DNA of 64,000 nucleotides. Origin: Chrysomallon squamiferum (lineage: Eukaryota; Animalia; Mollusca). Where the stretch lies: positions 5,766,001-5,830,000 of the forward strand of contig CM022665.1 in the NCBI GenBank assembly GCA_012295275.1, read 5' to 3'. Numbering within the stretch: the first letter of the stretch is position 1; each line of letters begins with the position of its first letter. The notes under the pieces were generated by a model. It had not been told where the DNA came from and did not search any database. It was given only the letters and a program-made list of their open reading frames with translations. Made by a program: the position numbers and the translations under genes. Shown piece after piece: positions 26,965 to 39,727 of this stretch.

Positions 26965-29706
26965 AAAAAAAAAATCGGGCCTTTAATAAACAAATTAATC
27001 ACACTAAACCGAATCTGTGTCCTAACACTATGTAATAACTCAATGTTAAACATTAACTTCACTTATTTTATGGACTCAAACATTTTCATAAATAACCGAA
27101 ATGTTGGTATTTGTGTTTCAGTGATCCTTGCAATGTCACGTCAGGATCCTCGGTTGTGGTTCTCTTCACTTCCTTCGCTGGAACAGATCCTCACCAGCTG
27201 CTTTTACAGACTGCTGCAAAACTCAACACGTCTGTCTTCTTTGGCGCCCCAGCTCTTCCAGACGCAGACGACCTTCACCTTTTACTTCCCGCCTATTACG
27301 AACTCGTCAGACGAGTCATGACCGACCACAGGTCGCGATATTCCAAGATGAATGTGGACAACACGAAGACTCCAGAACAACACGAGAAAGATACCAGCAA
27401 ATCTTTATACGACTTTCTCGATGGATATTACTCCACCGATGAATGTTTTCTCGGCTGGGTGACGTCAGCTACCATCTATCCCAAACTGTATACAAAACTG
27501 GGGACTCTGTCTCACAGTTTGGAAAGAAGTTTGCTATTTCTCCTTACGTAGACACTAACCTCAGTCAAGTTAACGTCTCCGCGAAGCAGCATTGGAACGG
27601 GTTTCTGAAGCTTGTGTCCACAAAGACCATCGACATCATTGCCGTCCAAGAAGGCCGAGGAGCCGGAAAGGCGTGTTACTACTGGCCGAACGAAAGAGAC
27701 GATCCGGTCAGAGACACTGACGATAAGCTAGATGAAGTGATTCATTATCTGGATCCCAGTTTAAAACCAAATGTTACCTTCCGGGAGGCTTTTACTGCAA
27801 GTAACCAAGAGGTCTGTGTATAGATTTTTTATAATAAATTACTGTTCGTGATTTAGTAGGCCTACCATACAAATAATGAGAGAGGAAACTATCTGGTGTT
27901 ACGTGACAAGCAGCTGTTTTTTTTAGATCAGTAGCAAAATATATTTTATTGACACCTATCCGTTCTTCTTTGTGCTTCATTAGTAGGCGTACTTTAATTT
28001 GAGCAGCTCAAAATTTAATTAATTTAAGGACGTTCTGGCAAGCCATAAATTGTTTTTTATTTATTTATTTATTTATTTATTTTATAACAGTAATGATTAA
28101 CTGTTACAAAGGAAAAGAAAAACAACAAAATTATCGTTTTTTGTTTAGTATTCGTTAACATTATTAAATATTCCTACAGTTGTATATCTGTTTACTTCCT
28201 TATTAGAAAAAATTAAACAGCTAAAAAATGGAAAAGGTGATACCAAAATAATCTTTTTCTAAACCTTTATTTAAGCTTTTCAGAGGTTTCGGTGAAATCA
28301 TGGACTGGTCATGGAGCGAGGGGTTTAGTTTCGAATACTGGTTAAACATTGAAGCTTTCGAGTATGTTCGAAACGATCCGTGTTTACCTGTAGATACCAC
28401 TGGTTCTGCAATGAGTGAAATTTTACAGGTAACACAATTTTGATCTTTTTTCTTCCTGACACTGCGTTACTTGGTCTAAAGTTCAAAATAAAGACTTAGT
28501 TTGAAATTAAAGTTTTATGTTCGTTAAATAACAAGTGTTTGGTTACGTCTTGAAAATTTTAAATGGAATTATACTTCTAATTGTCGCATATATTGTCATA
28601 CATGACAAAATGATATATGAATATTTTGTAACATAAATCAGAACCGGCTCAATGGTACAATCTGTGCTGAATATCTGAATGTAAAATCGGTTTTTTGTTT
28701 GTTTGTTGTTGTTTGTGGGTTTTTTTGGGGGGGGGTTTGTGTGTTTGTGTGTGTGTGTGTGTTTTTTTTTTTGGGGGTGTTGTTTTGTTGTTGTTATTTT
28801 GGTTTTTCTTACAAGACCGTAAGCAAAAATATATATTAAAGTAAAAGCATTTAACTCGTTTAGAAAATGTATTTCCTTAAGATACATATATTAAATAATA
28901 AAATATGTAATGATACTTCAACAACATTTTTATTAGTATTTTTGTTGTTGCTTTCGTCATCGTAATTTTTTGTTGTTGTTGTTACCATATTTTGTTATAT
29001 TTTAGAGAAGCACAAAATTCCGAATTGACAAAGGTTTGCAAGCGGCAGGAGCGACACCTAGAAAAATTATATCTTTTGCTTGGGATTCTGATTATGTTTG
29101 CACGACAAAGCAGCAAAATGTTAGCCTCGCTTCTGAGATTATTGAAAACTACAGTCAACCAATCATTTCTAACTGTTCTTTCCACAGTCGGCTAAATCTG
29201 TCCATTGTTATCATTGGTTACAGTTTGGCCGGAATGTACGATGAATACACCGTAAGTTGCCGATAAATGTATCCAAATCTAAATATAGTTATCTCCCTTA
29301 GACGCATACACTGCGAAATATTTTGTACTATTTTTATTTATTTATTTATTTATTTATTTATCTATTTATTTATTTATATTATTACTGGTTTCTTAAGGCT
29401 GTTTGCTTAATTTATTTAAAATTTTATATATATAATTTTTGGTTTTGTTCATATTACTTTTAATTACTTTAATGATATTGTATTATGCAGATTGACTGGC
29501 CAAAGAAAGATGGCTCTCGCAGAACTGACGACACTTATGGTTATTACTTCGAGTTGAATTGGGGAAATCAACACAACAGAGTTTCAAGTCTTATATATGT
29601 GAGGCTGTACGAAATTCCAGACATGAATACTGATCTGGCACCAAAGGGTTATGTGAAGGTGTCGCCAAAAACAAGAAAAAGTCATCCCTGTATTTATATA
29701 TATGAC

Positions 29707-29757
<51 letters not shown>

Positions 29758-29760
29758 TAA
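25981..29760 (+). CDS. Secreted glycoside-hydrolase-like TIM-barrel protein resembling DUF4434, about 607 aa; exons 25981-26444, 27122-27811 (1-nt frameshift near 27516-27526), 28276-28428, 29006-29251, 29491-29760
   Basis: N-terminal hydrophobic signal peptide and phase-consistent GT-AG exons. The ordered motifs PITASW, EEWNQTL..WGGNTVFLR, DPHQLLLQTAAKLNTSVFFG, GYYSTDE, FAISPY, IDIIAVQEGRG, YWLNIEAFE and RIDKGLQAAG..KIISFAW parallel, from memory, those of bacterial DUF4434 proteins. The gene model is well supported; the family call is less certain. Confidence 0.75.
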
Positions 29761-30677
29761 AAAACCCAAGATATTCAAATATATTTTGACATAAAAATAT
29801 TTTTCAAATTATAAAGATAGAGACAAAAATTGACACAGACAAACACATATAGGGATACACTTACAAACAAGCAAACAAAATGATTACACAAAAGAACAAT
29901 AAATGCTGTAAAAATGAAAAAATGCAAATACACCAGACAGTAACATCTGTTAATAACTACTTAAAACCTCCATTTACACCTACATGTTGACAAAACAGGT
30001 AAATGAATTTAACAGTATGTGAGGCAGCATTTCGAAAACTAAGTAACGAACAAAACTGAAAAATGTTAAAACTATTGTCTTGATGGGTTGTAAATATTTA
30101 TTTAAAATATGTTTTATAACAATTTGTTATGTTTGGTAGAATTTTAATGAAGTTTGTATTTATTTTGGCTGAATTTGTTATGTTTGAAAAATAAAATAAA
30201 AACAAATGTATTGCCTTAATTTTGATTATTGTTTTTCTTATATTTTTATTGTATATTTTATTTATATGCTCCATTCACAAACATATATGTGTATGTCTGT
30301 TTGTATGTGTGCACACAAGGCTGACTTTTTTTCTCTTTTTTTTAAGATACAGTAGTTTCCATATTAAAAATTAACACTGATTTGTATTTACATGTACATA
30401 TTTAAAACAGAAAGAAATAAAAAAGAATATTTGGCATTCTAAATATAATTTATGTTAGTGCTGTACAATATAAACAGAAATTAATATGTTTTTCAAATGA
30501 AATACCAGCAATGTTTATTCTTTTAACAAAAACAAATCTTGCTGCCAAAAATATAATAAAATGGTTGTTTGGTTGTAATATTAATAAATAATAATAATAC
30601 TTTTCAACAAAAAATGCCAATGCATAAGTGTAAATACAATTTTGGCACAGTGATTAATGTGACCCATCATTTCAAAC

Positions 30678-30717
<40 letters not shown>

Positions 30718-32265
30718 TTTTCTACATAGTACACAGTAGGCTAAACCATTTCACACACAACATAATTTCCCAAACTACATTTCCTGCATTATGGTACACC
30801 TTGAAAATAATTATTACAAACTTATTGCTTGAAGTTGTTGCAGAATAGTATGATATTAATTATATATTTTTTAAATATCTGTCATAATTATTATAATTTC
30901 AATCCAAATAAAATTGTTTATTGTTTAAGGGACTATTGCATTTATTTTGTTAGATGTGGAATAAATTACTTTTATCTGATGCAAAATGATTTTTGGCTTT
31001 TAACTATTAGGAGAATATTATGAAGTATGAAAAAAGTCATACATTTTTTATTGTTTTATTAATAAGCTGTATTTATTATTGAAATAAATATTACACTTAT
31101 TGAATGAACATATAATTATTCCTGGAAGAAAATATATTATAATAATAGCAATAAAAAATAATAATAAGTAGAAAATTATTGCTAGACTACAATATATTTA
31201 CTGAAATAACCAATATTTTAAAGATCATGATGATTTTTTTAGTCAGATTTTTTAATAAAAATAATAAACCATTTGTTTTTAATTTTTGTTTATTTTATAT
31301 ATATATATATATATATTATTTATAAATTATATAAATAAAAATATATTTTTAATACAAAAAGAAAAAAATATTTAAAAATGTTATCCTTTGAAAATAAAAC
31401 CTTAATATTTAACCTTTTTGTTGATGATAATTGTACATTATAAAAAAATGATCAGACCAAATCCATTTAATGACACAAAAGAAAAATCTTTTGGAATCAT
31501 ATATGTGCTGAGTATATATGAAAGTCAAAACGGTTTATCTTACCTAATGAACTAGAATGAATATAAAATAATAAATCCATAAAATTTTTCGTTGTCTAGG
31601 CTATAACTGTTAGCATTGTTTGCCTTATTGGTTAAAATGGGTGGTTTTAAAAATTATTTTATTGGATAGTTTATTGTTTGTACAAAATAGTAAGAACAAA
31701 CAAACAGTTTTTGTTTTAAAAAAAGTTTTTATTTTTATAATATATGTTTCCAAAGCCAAGTAAAAACAAAAACCTGATTTTTTAAAAACTTTTTTATTCA
31801 TTAAAACATATTTAACGATTTTCAGAAAATATAAAATCAAACAACAAAATGACTTTTAAAATCAGTTTTAATACGAACCTTTTTTTTACAAACCAGGCTA
31901 GAGCAAGCTTGAAAAATTTAAAACCAAAAAAAAAAAAAAAAAATCAGATAGGAAACTCACAGTTTGCATACATAATAGTACAGGTTTTAGAAGATGAATG
32001 AAAAAGAGTGAAAAATTAATTTTTAACTAATTTTTTTCAGTCCAAAAATTGGTACCAAGGCACTATGATGAATGTATCAGGGCAAATCATCCAAATAACA
32101 GGTGATTAATTTCCTTCTTACATACAGTATGACCTATAATGCATTGAACATGGAAAATAAATATAGAAAACAGAAATATAATGTTTTTATATATAGTTTT
32201 ACAACAATATATACAAGTGAAAAATTCACCGTTTTCAAGAAGAGTATTTGCATCTGTATCTTTAT

Positions 32266-32296
<31 letters not shown>

Positions 32297-32679
32297 ATTG
32301 TGGGGGTAATTTCTTCTGGCTCAAACATCTGAAATCACTAGAATAAACTGAAATTATATATATTTTTTATAAGATTAATATATTAAATTCTCGAGTTGGC
32401 AATGTTTCCCTAGTCAGAACCCAACAAAAAAGAACATTCTGGCGTAGTTTGTACCCACGTGACTAGGAGGCCCAATTTGTGCCGAGTTTTCGTTCCTGCA
32501 ACTAGAGACGTCCATTAGTTAACGGTTATACTTTGGTAAGTAAATTTAAATTAATTTCCTCAGTAATTAAAATATTCGCACGGATTACTATGTTTTCATT
32601 ATGACTGTAATGTATTAACTATTACAAATCGTATCAGTATTAAAAGTATTTATTATAATAATTATTAACAATTTTACAA

Positions 32680-33228
32680 TTTCGCGCTTTCCGCTATGTC
32701 GACTTTTCCGGTGATCACTGATGACGTCGTTCTTGAGTAGTAGCGGAAGGGGAGAGGACCCTCAGAAAATGGCCTGCTAACTGCTTATAAATAGAATTCT
32801 AAGAATAAATCTTTTTGGATGATGTTCTGCACACATTTCCACGAATCCTCGCTTTCATATTTTAGGTTTTATTAACCACATGCCTCTCCAATATTCTTGA
32901 GAATAAAGTATAAAATTTGCCTTACAAAGTCATCCAAGTAAATTTAGCATATGAGCGAACGTTAAAAAAACACAAAAAACACACGCATTCGATAGATCAT
33001 TTACTTAACTTTATTTCTACCAAATTTCATGGAAATCTGACGTTGTGAACATAGTTTATTCAATTGCTAACGATGTTGAACGTAATTGTTACGGTAATGG
33101 AGGTCGCTGCCTGAGGGAATGAGGACACGTCAACCAAATGCTGCCTTCTGATTGGTCTAAAAAAATTTAAAAAAATTGGGGCTTATTACTCGTTTTCAGC
33201 AAGTTTTCAGTTTTTCCTTTGGTTTCAG
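32680..33228 (+). promoter_or_regulatory. Housekeeping-type promoter region and non-coding first exon upstream of the RCC1 copy
   Basis: Local CpG enrichment with ETS-like TTCCG/CGGAAG, CRE-like TGACGT, YY1-like AAAATGGC and a reverse CCAAT box (about 33151). Donor CAG|gtaaat at 33228/33229 and acceptor at 34014 just before the ATG. Confidence 0.45.
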
Positions 33229-34700
33229 GTAAATAAAAAATAGTTTAATCTCTTTTAAACATTTTTAAGGAAATATAGGCATTTTTGTCCATTTTGTTTG
33301 TTTTTACTCTGGTTCACAGTATTTGGACAATTTAAAAAAAAAAAAAATTATATATATATTTAGAAGATGCTGTCTACAGGGATATTCTGTTTACTTCTTG
33401 TAACATTCATTATCAGTGTTGGTTATGTAATAGGGAATGAAAAACAAATACATTTAACGATTTATATACAGAAAACTCAATTATTTTGTATAAATTAATT
33501 CTGTTTATAAATATTCCGATTAACTGGTACATTGGTGCATTACTAAAAGTTCTCAAAAATAATTAATTTATGATTTATAATAGCAAGTGATCTAAGTATA
33601 AATTTTGTGTGAGTACATTTTTCTAAATGTATTCATGTATCATTCTTTGTTTAAATAATAAGTTCTGTTTCATTATAAATTCAGAAAATCAGATTATAAT
33701 TTCTTTATCAATAGCCTTAATTTTTTTTTATTTATTTATTTTTTTTTTTCAGTTTTTTTTTGTTCATACAACACAAGAAATAAAAGAATATGTGAAACAG
33801 ATTGCTCAACTATCCTGCAAATCATTTATAAAAATAACCAGTTTTGTTCCCACATTATTATTGTTAGTACTGTTATTGGTGTTACTGTTATTACTATTAG
33901 TATAACTATTGCTGTCTGTTTGTGCTAAGTAAACAAACTGGTTAAAATGCATACACAAGAAATAGTTAATACTGATCTATACTGATCTATACTGATTTAT
34001 ACTGTTGTTTTCAGAGGATGCCTACAGAAAGAAAACACAACAGTATCATTCAAGATAATATTTTAATCAAGATAAATCCAAGCAAAAAACCAAAACTAGA
34101 AGGTTTGTTTATAATTACTGCCTATTTATTCTTAAAATTATAATTAGTCAGTTAATAGATGTTAATGAAGATAGGTGATTTGTCTTTTCTGTTTTTCATA
34201 GCTCATTTTTTCATTGTCATAACAGAGGCTATGCACCCATAGGACAACATAACATCAGTGCTTTGGTAGTTGATATGATTGGTATGTATAGTTAATGACA
34301 GAGTACAAATATTCATAAAAGGAAAATATTTTTTTATTATGTAGCCTTTTTTTTTTTTTTGTTAATCAGAATGTCATACTGCATACTTGACAGTTGTTTT
34401 CTAGATTTTCTGGTCTGAAAATAACTTTAAGACCTGTAAGATTGTTGGACTTACTTCCTGTTTCAAGACGACTGACCCTAATAAGTATTCCATTTTTTAA
34501 ACTGTATATTTTTTGATGTTTATAAAACTAAGAACAGGACAGATTAAACAGTGTATCAAATATTTGTTTTTATTTTTAATTTTGTTTAAACCAGTACATC
34601 ATCACTCACATGGCAAGAAAGTTGGGGTTGTGCTCACTGTGGGGCAGGGTGAGATGGGTCAGCTTGGACTGGGAGAAGATGTCATGGACAGAGGTCATCT

Positions 34701-35574
34701 GGGTATAGGAAATAATGGCACTGAAAAAAAAGCCACTTGGAAAAAACGACACCCAGAAGAAATGGCATTATGCAGATATGGAAAAAAATGGCACAGTATG
34801 TATTTTTTTCTTTAGAAAATACAATTTATTCACGCTATATTGCTACATGCATGTATATTAGCATACAGCATCATTCAACAACTTGGCTTTGCTTAACAAA
34901 GTACAGTACTATATAATAGTATAGCATTATTATCACATTTAAAAATATAGTATACACATCACTCAACACTCCTTCAGAGGTGCAATTATGAATTGTTTTT
35001 GTAAGCAGGACTTAATTGATTATGTCATGATCAAATGCCAAGGGAATTATGTGTGTGTGTGTACATACATGTATGCTTACACATGTACATAGATGCACAA
35101 ATACATTCATACATACAGACACACGCATTCATACAGATATACTTAATGTTAATACACATACCATAGCTAAAATATCCAGAATGATATGGTTCTGTCAATT
35201 CAAGTGTAGATGTGTGTCGTGTGTTTGGGGGATTGTTTTTGGTTTACATTTGTTTTGACTGACCATTTAAGTTTGAACTGTCAACAATGATATTAGCTGT
35301 GGATTATATTATTTCTGACATTAAATCATTATCTCAAATATTATTCATGCACTGGTTTTTTTCATGTGTTTTTTATGTGCAATAGTGAATTGTTTTTGTA
35401 AACAGGACTACACCTACTAGCAATAACGAAATGTCAGTAAGCAATAGCTTTTTTTTTTTTTTTCAGATGCCATCTTTTCCAAATTTGCACAGTGCCATTT
35501 CTTCAGGTGCCATTTTTTCCAGGTGCCTTTTTTCTGGTGCCCTTTTTTTCCAGTGCCATTTTTTTTCCACACCC
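34701..35574. mobile_element. Non-autonomous foldback/MITE-type DNA transposon (possibly Mutator-like) inserted in RCC1 coding exon 2
   Basis: About 100-bp imperfect terminal inverted repeats (gggtataggaaataatggcactg... / ...cagtgccatttttttccacaccc) built from repeated gaaaaaatggcac-like units. The RCC1 frame stops at the left end and resumes just after the right end. Internal 34-bp direct repeat at about 34980 and 35377. Confidence 0.85.
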
Positions 35575-35761
35575 TGGTTGACCAGCCTTTGTGAAGATTC
35601 CAGAGCCTGTGATTCAGGTGTGTCTGGAGGAATGCACACTTCTGCTGTTTCCATGGCTGGTCAGGTGCGTCTGCTTATTTACAACCATTGTCTGTATTAA
35701 CTACAGGTACCAAACCATTTATCCGGCATCCGGAAATCCAGAAAATCCAGAAAACTGGCAA

Positions 35762-35805
<44 letters not shown>

Positions 35806-36859
35806 GGGACCCATTTTTAAATTAGTCACACTGTAAGTCACCACTCGCTGCATTAGTCATTTCCATGAGGTAAATCTCTCACAGAAGTCATTATACCTGT
35901 CAAATTAAATTATGTTTTATTAATTTTATTTATTTAATTTTCATCTGATATATTATACATGATATCGTAAAAAATTTAAGTGTATTAATTTGTACAGATA
36001 TCATTTAAATAAAATTATGTTCTTTCTTTTCTTCGTTTAATTTTCATCCTGTTTATTACAGATCATATTCAATACAGGTAATTTAAAAATTTTAATGGAT
36101 GAAAAAAGAAGTATGTATTTAGTATGTGTCTAGAAATCCAGAGCACCTCCAGTCCGAGGCTTGCTAGATAAACAATTCAGTACCTTTTGTTCAGCCAATT
36201 TGTCACATTTATAGCATATAGTACTAAAAACGGTTCCAAAAGTAAGTTACAGATTAAAAGCAAAAGGTGAAGAAAGAATGTTGTATATCTTTCCAAATAT
36301 AATTGTATTTGTGGGATGTGTGGAGGCAAATTTTAAACAAACAATTAGGTGAAATTCAGATACACGTGTATTTAAAAGTTATAAATTCTGGACATGACAG
36401 TTTGTGTTCAGATCACTGCACCTAGGAGTATCAGTGTAAAAGAAACAGTAGAGGAGACTTCACACTCTTCTGTAGGAGTTTTATCTCTCTCACACAAGAC
36501 TGGGAACTCTTGGTGGCCAGTTTGCCCTGAAGAATCATTACTTTAGAAACAGATGACATCTATGTGACTTGTTGTTGTTCAGTGTTTAGAATCTTGCTTG
36601 GTGTTGTTAATAGTTTTTATTTTCATTTGAAGGTGAAATGTTTTGCCGTGGCCGAGCAGATTATGGGCAACTGGGCATTTGGAAGAAAGCAAAGGAGACT
36701 GATGTACCCACATTAGTGAATGATATCATCAGTCCAAGAACTGGTTCCAGGTTGGAGCTGAGGTCTTTGTGTCTCATGCAAATGATTCGGAGGGTAATTG
36801 TTGTGTGGGGAAAAATGATTTACTTTCAAATTCAACACTGAAACAAACTTCCACAGGTA

Positions 36860-37190
36860 ATGAGTATGCAGCTTTTATTGAGAGTATAAGTAAAATGTAT
36901 TTAGTTGTTTGTATCCACAAAGATGCACTTCAGATTTGATTTCTTTGTCTACAGGTAGTGTAGATTTATTGAGTATATTTGTTTACAGATAGTACAAACT
37001 TAATGAGTATATTTGTTTATATTGTGTAGGATTACTGACACTGTTTATTAGTGTCTGTGTTTTAATTGTTTGTTAGTGGCATGGTTTATTTGTTTACTAG
37101 TGACTGTTTTAATTGTTAGTGGCATGGCATATTTGTTTACTAGTGACTGTTTTAATTGTTTGTTAGTGACACAGTATTTTGTTTGTTTCA
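36860..37190. repeat. Intronic degenerate minisatellites
   Basis: Repeated atgagtatatttgttta units, then repeated tgtttactagtgactgttttaattgtt(tgtt)agtggcatgg units. Confidence 0.75.
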
Positions 37191-37755
37191 GGTGTGGGAT
37201 GATGCTTGATGCTGGTGGACGACATATGTTTCTACTGGCTCATATAAGAATGGACAGTATGTAATACAGACATTATGCTAGAAGTGCTAACTGGAAAAAA
37301 CAGCTGCTATCTGTAACTGTCACATGTATATACTGTAAATAAAACTAATTTATTGAATTTTGGTTTTCCTAATTATTATTAGTGATGAATATCTTATTTC
37401 GTGCTTTTGAATTTTAAATTTCAGATTACATTGCTATTAGTGTCTAATTAATCATGGGTTATCAAGAGAGATAACTCTTGTGTTCTTCATGTTATACCAA
37501 AAAAGAAGTATATGAGTTGTCTCCTTTAGTATGCGATGCAGACAGCTTGTGTTCGTAAATAAACATGGATAATTTATACTTATTAGATTCCATAAATTTA
37601 TTATCCTCTGAATTTACCATTTCATATATGTTGCTACATATTTTTAAAGAAAAAGTTCCTTACAAATAATTTATTTATGGCCATGAGTTACTTAACTTCC
37701 TAGAACTGGTATTTATAAATTATTATTTTTGTTATCTTTATTTATTAATTAATAC

Positions 37756-37807
<52 letters not shown>

Positions 37808-38505
37808 TAATTTATTTATTTATTTATTTGTTTATTTATTTATTTTTGTATTTCTTTATCAGCGTTAATGATTACTGTGAACCAAATGTAAGTTTACAGA
37901 ATCATATTACTATAATAGTTACGTCAGATGATTTTCAGAACAGCCTAATATCAGTAAAATTTGATCATCTTCCAAAATATAAGTGAATTTTCCCAGTGTT
38001 ATTCACCGAAATCAAAGTGGACATACATTTTAAAAATATATGATTTTAATTTTGCATATTTGCTTAATGTTCTCTAGCTGTTATTTTGTCATGTCCACCA
38101 GCCATTATTTCTGCCACCTGCAGTTTTCGACCATTTTTTTTTTTATAGTTTTCTTCTGTCACAGGACTGGAAACATTCTTGGATTAGCTACTGCTATGTA
38201 CAGCCTCTGAAATATAAGAAACGTAAATACATACATCAAGCCTGGTTAATATATTTATTACCTAGTGCTCTCTGTAAACTGAATATATACCAAATTTTGA
38301 TTCACTCACTTTATCGAAAATCAGACAGACTATACGACAAGATTGCTTAATTTATACATGAGAAGACAAATGTTATTTTTTTTTTCTTAATTAGATAAGT
38401 AACAAAATGAGGATTAACAAATACAACTGAACGTACCAAATACAGTAAACAAAAATATCTATTAAAATTTAAACTCCCCATAAAAATTAGTTGTACATTT
38501 TAGAA

Positions 38506-38547
<42 letters not shown>

Positions 38548-39634
38548 CGTTTGAGTTAGTTGTATGACATACGTTAATCCCTCTGTATATACACATACAT
38601 GCAGTGATGTACATACACGCACACGCACACATGCAACGCTAGTGGGAGAGACGTGCATACAGTTTATTACAGTAATGAGACGAATTAAACATAATTTTGA
38701 AAATAGTCACACCGCCTAACCCTTTCTCTGAAGTAGTTCACTTCAGAAGCAAGGCCATTGCCTTCAACCTTGAACATTTTCGTTTGTGGGGGATTTGAGT
38801 ACATGGTTAACGGGTTTTTTTTCTCTTTTTTTCCGTCTTTGAAAACCATGTCCTATTAGGCCATTCATCAAGTTAGTTAAGAGAGCAAAAATTACATGGT
38901 CACAGACGTAGTGAATATAGTGTCTGCGGACGCAACAGAATGCTTCGAGGCCATAATCTCTGAAACTGGCAGTACACAGAGACTGGAAACATTGCAGCAC
39001 GATGTAGTGGAATCAATGGTTATGAAATACCACGTCTCCGTAAGAATTCGTAGATATATCATTTGTTCGTGTGTGCCTGTTGCACACATATGAAAATGTC
39101 ATATAACCATAAGTCTTCTCGATTTTCATGTTATGTCCCATTTGCTAAACGCAGGCACGCACGCACGCATATATGATTTCAACATTGCACAGAATGTAAT
39201 GAAGCAATTTAAAAAAAAAAAAAAAAAAAAATTAAAACAAAACAAAAATATATCGGTTACACTGGACGGAATCAATGTTAATCAGTTAAATGATTGTGGA
39301 TGCAGTTCTGCGTCGTAATCTTTATAGCTAATTCCACGAAGGCGATCAGGCACACAAACGTACGTGGTCACACATCTGTTGAGCCACGAACACCCACAAA
39401 AAACACGAGGAAGAAGATGGTCATATGGTCTGTTAAACGCCTTACGTCAACTGCGCTGTAAAAACGCCCCACTGTGGCACTGATAAGAACATGCTTTAGA
39501 ACATTACTCAATATATTTTCTATTTTCTGAGAATGCCATCTGCCAGATTATTGCTTAAATGAAGTGCTTTAGAGTAAAAGCTTTTTAATTGTCTTCCGCA
39601 ATCGTGACGTGAGATTATACCTGTGTTTGTGTGT

Positions 39635-39727
<93 letters not shown>

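Larger units (their letters stand above)
34018..37264 (+). pseudogene. RCC1: Degraded, intron-retaining RCC1 (regulator of chromosome condensation 1) copy; fragments 34018-34102, 34595-34700, 35575-35664, about 36426-36556, 36633-36793, 37192-37264
   Basis: Basic N-tail (MPTERK...KKPKLE), then VHHHSHGKKVGVVLTVGQGEMGQLGLGEDVMDR / PAFVKIPEPVIQVC-GGMHT...GQ, which closely matches the start of RCC1. Later fragments GRADYGQLG..ETDVPTLV and DAGGRHMFLL match its final blades. Disrupted by an 874-bp insertion, frameshifts (about 35623 and 36750), stop codons and apparently missing central exons. Confidence 0.85.

Noticed and set aside
26731-27121. Poly-Phe N-terminal part of the 196-aa ORF
   Set aside because: Intronic poly-T tract, probably low-accuracy sequence. 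The true exon starts at 27122 in another frame.
27516-27526. Programmed ribosomal frameshift site
   Set aside because: No canonical slippery heptamer or obvious downstream structure; a homopolymer indel is the simpler explanation.
34513-34815. Intact 100-aa RCC1-like protein
   Set aside because: It is a chimera of intron, half an RCC1 exon and the transposon terminal repeat.
36095-36120. miR-1-like sequence aaagaagtatgtat
   Set aside because: The seed (GGAATGT) is absent and there is no hairpin partner.
38150-38207. Possible minus-strand terminal exon (RLYIAVANPRMFPVL*)
   Set aside because: Only an acceptor-like site supports it; no partner exons or recognisable homology.
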